A DNA stretch of 64,000 nucleotides from Candidatus Latescibacterota bacterium (GTDB lineage: Bacteria; Latescibacterota; UBA2968): positions 128,001 to 192,000 of the forward strand of contig OZ242195.1 of assembly GCA_965205975.1 (NCBI GenBank), read 5' to 3'. The position numbers and the translations under genes were made by a program. The notes under the pieces were generated by a model. It ran no database searches and was not told where the DNA came from. It was given only the letters and a program-made list of their open reading frames with translations. The stretch's first letter is position 1. The number at the start of each line of letters is the position of its first letter. Below are positions 61,936-64,000 of the stretch, one piece after another.

Positions 61936-61978
61936 CGATTAGGGGACTGGGAGCTTATCCCCAGTCCCAACCTTTTTT

Positions 61979-62857
61979 ATGCGATTTTTAGACTATTTTA
62001 CCGGCAATCAATCGGTCATTTCGTTTGAGATTTATCCGCCGCAGACGTCGGGTGGTATGCGCGCGCTCAAAGCGCGGGTTGTTCCCAATTTGCTCAAGCT
62101 GAATCCCAGCTATATGACGGTTACGTATGGCGCAGGTGGCTCGACACGCGCCAAGACGCTGGAGATTGCCTCGCTTATTCAGAATGAATTTGGGCTGACT
62201 GCGGCGTGTCATCTCACCTGTGTGGGGTCGTCCCGGACAGATATCGATGATATTTTGCAGGCGATTCGCGCAGAGGGTATCCGCAATATTGTTGCGCTTC
62301 GCGGCGATCCCCCGCGTGGCGAAGATACTTTTGTGCCCGCGAAGGATGGATTTGCTTATGGCAATGAGCTTGTGGCGCATATTCGCAGTACAGAACCGAA
62401 AGACGATGGGTTTGGGTTGGCTGTTGCGGGGTATCCCGAGAAACACCTCGAAGCGCCCGATTTTGATACGGATATTGCAAATTTGAAGCGGAAAGTTGAG
62501 TCAGGTGGGGATATTGTTATTACGCAGCTTTTTTATAATAACGATCACTTTTTTCGTTTTGTCGATCGCGTGCGTGCAGCCCATATCACAGCACCTGTTG
62601 TTCCGGGTCTGATGCCGATTCTCGCGGCGGGACAGATCCAGCGCATCGCATCTTTGTGTGGGGCTGAGATTCCGGGGGATTTGCAGGATCAACTCAAGGG
62701 GGCTGTGGATGATGAAGACAAGGCGATGAAAATTGGGGTAGATCAGTGCATCGAGCAGGCAACCGAATTGCTCGAACAGGGCGTGCCGGGTATTCACTTT
62801 TACGTGCTGAACAAATCCACTCACATGCGCCGGATTATCAGCGCGCTTCCTCTCTAA
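61979..62857 (+). CDS. metF: Methylenetetrahydrofolate reductase
   Basis: SFEIYPP, VTYGAGG, HLTC, ALRGDPP, GYPEKH, ITQLF, IHFYVLN. Confidence 0.97.
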   Translation: MRFLDYFTGNQSVISFEIYPPQTSGGMRALKARVVPNLLKLNPSYMTVTYGAGGSTRAKTLEIASLIQNEFGLTAACHLTCVGSSRTDIDDILQAIRAEGIRNIVALRGDPPRGEDTFVPAKDGFAYGNELVAHIRSTEPKDDGFGLAVAGYPEKHLEAPDFDTDIANLKRKVESGGDIVITQLFYNNDHFFRFVDRVRAAHITAPVVPGLMPILAAGQIQRIASLCGAEIPGDLQDQLKGAVDDEDKAMKIGVDQCIEQATELLEQGVPGIHFYVLNKSTHMRRIISALPL

Positions 62858-63455
62858 GTGGAAATTTCTCAGTGATTAGCATAATTGGCTTTTTATTGGC
62901 GAGCACTCTGTAGGTGCGGCTGAGTAGTGGTTCCCCTTCAAGATGCGCAATGGCTTCCGGCAGATCCCGTGCGGTTTCACAGCAGCACCACAACAATTCA
63001 CGGCGGGTTTCCAGTCCGCTGTTTTGCAAAATCCCTCCCAATCCCGCAGGATCTGATTCCAATTCGTCCAAAATGCCTTTTGGCAAGTGTTGCGGTACAA
63101 TGAGGGATGTGGCATACGCCTGAATTTTTGGCGTATCTTTGCCGATTGAGGGCGTTTGTAGTACTGCTTGTCGTGCTATGACGTGTGCCCCTGCTGGCAG
63201 TTCAAGCCAGATATGTTCTGTGCAGAGCGTCTGTTCCGTCTGGTGGAGGATCGCGACTTCCACCGGCGCGAGTGTATAGGCTTCGATGAGTCTTGTGACG
63301 GTGCCGTCGGTGACGATTAATGCCCGCTGGAATGGCGTTAATTGCGCGATGTTGATTTCTCCAGACATCGCTGGCCTTTCGGCCTGTGCGACAAATATAT
63401 TTTTTACGTGTGTGTCAATAAAGGTTGTCGAATTGAAAATTGAATCTGTCTTCAT
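62838..63455 (-). CDS. Chorismate pyruvate-lyase-like (UbiC/DUF98) protein
   Basis: LIVTDGTVTRLIEA, YATS, GLG.IL....LETRRE, SRTY, MLITEKFP. Confidence 0.8.
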   Translation of the reverse strand: MKTDSIFNSTTFIDTHVKNIFVAQAERPAMSGEINIAQLTPFQRALIVTDGTVTRLIEAYTLAPVEVAILHQTEQTLCTEHIWLELPAGAHVIARQAVLQTPSIGKDTPKIQAYATSLIVPQHLPKGILDELESDPAGLGGILQNSGLETRRELLWCCCETARDLPEAIAHLEGEPLLSRTYRVLANKKPIMLITEKFPLREEAR

Positions 63456-63577
63456 CGAGCTATTGTCCTTTCATATATACAGTCGTTGCGCAACGCACTT
63501 TAGACACATAAGGACAAAAAAAGTTCTGAAACATTGCATGTGTGATTCTAATCCGTTATTTTGATGGGAAGAGCGCA

Positions 63578-64000
63578 ATGAGAATAGTTACATGGAATGT
63601 AAATGGATTGCGGGCTGCACTTCGCAAGGGGTTTATGGATCATATTAAAACGCTAAACCCCGATGTGATCCTTTTGCAAGAAATTCGCGTTTTGCCCGAG
63701 CAACTATCTGCGAGAGAACGCAACCCCGAGGGATGGCATGTTATCTGGCATCCAGCCGAGCGCAAGGGCTATGCGGGTACAGCGGTATGGTCTCGTACGC
63801 CTTTAGGAGAAGAAGAACGCGGTGTGGGCGGGACCGATTCTGAAGGTCGGATTTTGCGGGTGAACACTCGAGGTATTCAATTCGTCAGTGTGTACCTGCC
63901 CTCGGGGTCATCCGGCGAGGAGCGCCAGGCGATCAAGGAGTGCTGGATGGATCGCTTTCGCCCCTGGGCCGATGGCCTGGTGAAAAAACGGGTTCCTACA
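63578..64000 (+). CDS. xth: Exodeoxyribonuclease III (partial, runs off window)
   Basis: Manual translation MRIVTWNVNGLRAA...DVILLQEIR...KGYAGTA...EGR...SVYLPSG. Confidence 0.93.
   Translation, partial: MRIVTWNVNGLRAALRKGFMDHIKTLNPDVILLQEIRVLPEQLSARERNPEGWHVIWHPAERKGYAGTAVWSRTPLGEEERGVGGTDSEGRILRVNTRGIQFVSVYLPSGSSGEERQAIKECWMDRFRPWADGLVKKRVPT

Overview
Gene-dense bacterial chromosome segment of roughly 50% GC with about 57 CDS, a tmRNA, a tRNA-Asp(GTC) and one internally deleted IS3-family element. No CRISPR array or rRNA was seen. The left half (1-32 kb) is catabolic/accessory: three PhyH-type dioxygenases, two Cys-type sulfatases, lactonase, UxuA, oxidoreductases and transporters. It also holds an AT-rich, decayed defence-like islet (about 19.4-22.8 kb) with an IS-truncated PLD-helicase. 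A long minus-strand housekeeping run follows: tRNA-Asp, mfd, two PPIases, S4 protein, methyltransferase, ftsE, ftsX, envC-like, nrnA, argF-like, sugar dehydrogenase, uxs, ssrA. The window ends with SNF2, ilvC, an RND pump, an ahcY-metF cluster and a partial xth. The gene repertoire resembles FCB-related or sponge-associated marine heterotrophs such as Latescibacterota or Poribacteria (inference only). Best candidates for undescribed biology: (1) an XRE-HTH fused to a catalytically degenerate class III cyclase domain heading ahcY-metF; (2) a secreted ~970-aa redox fusion (degenerate UshA-like domain with a CGC motif, tetraheme c, three thioredoxin/DsbA-like modules); (3) an ftsEX-envC locus with a degenerate FtsE and no M23 domain; (4) a stand-alone secretion-type ATPase bracketed by a duplicated piece of hemJ next to the ssrA 3' end. 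All calls come from reading motifs by eye; no database searches were run.
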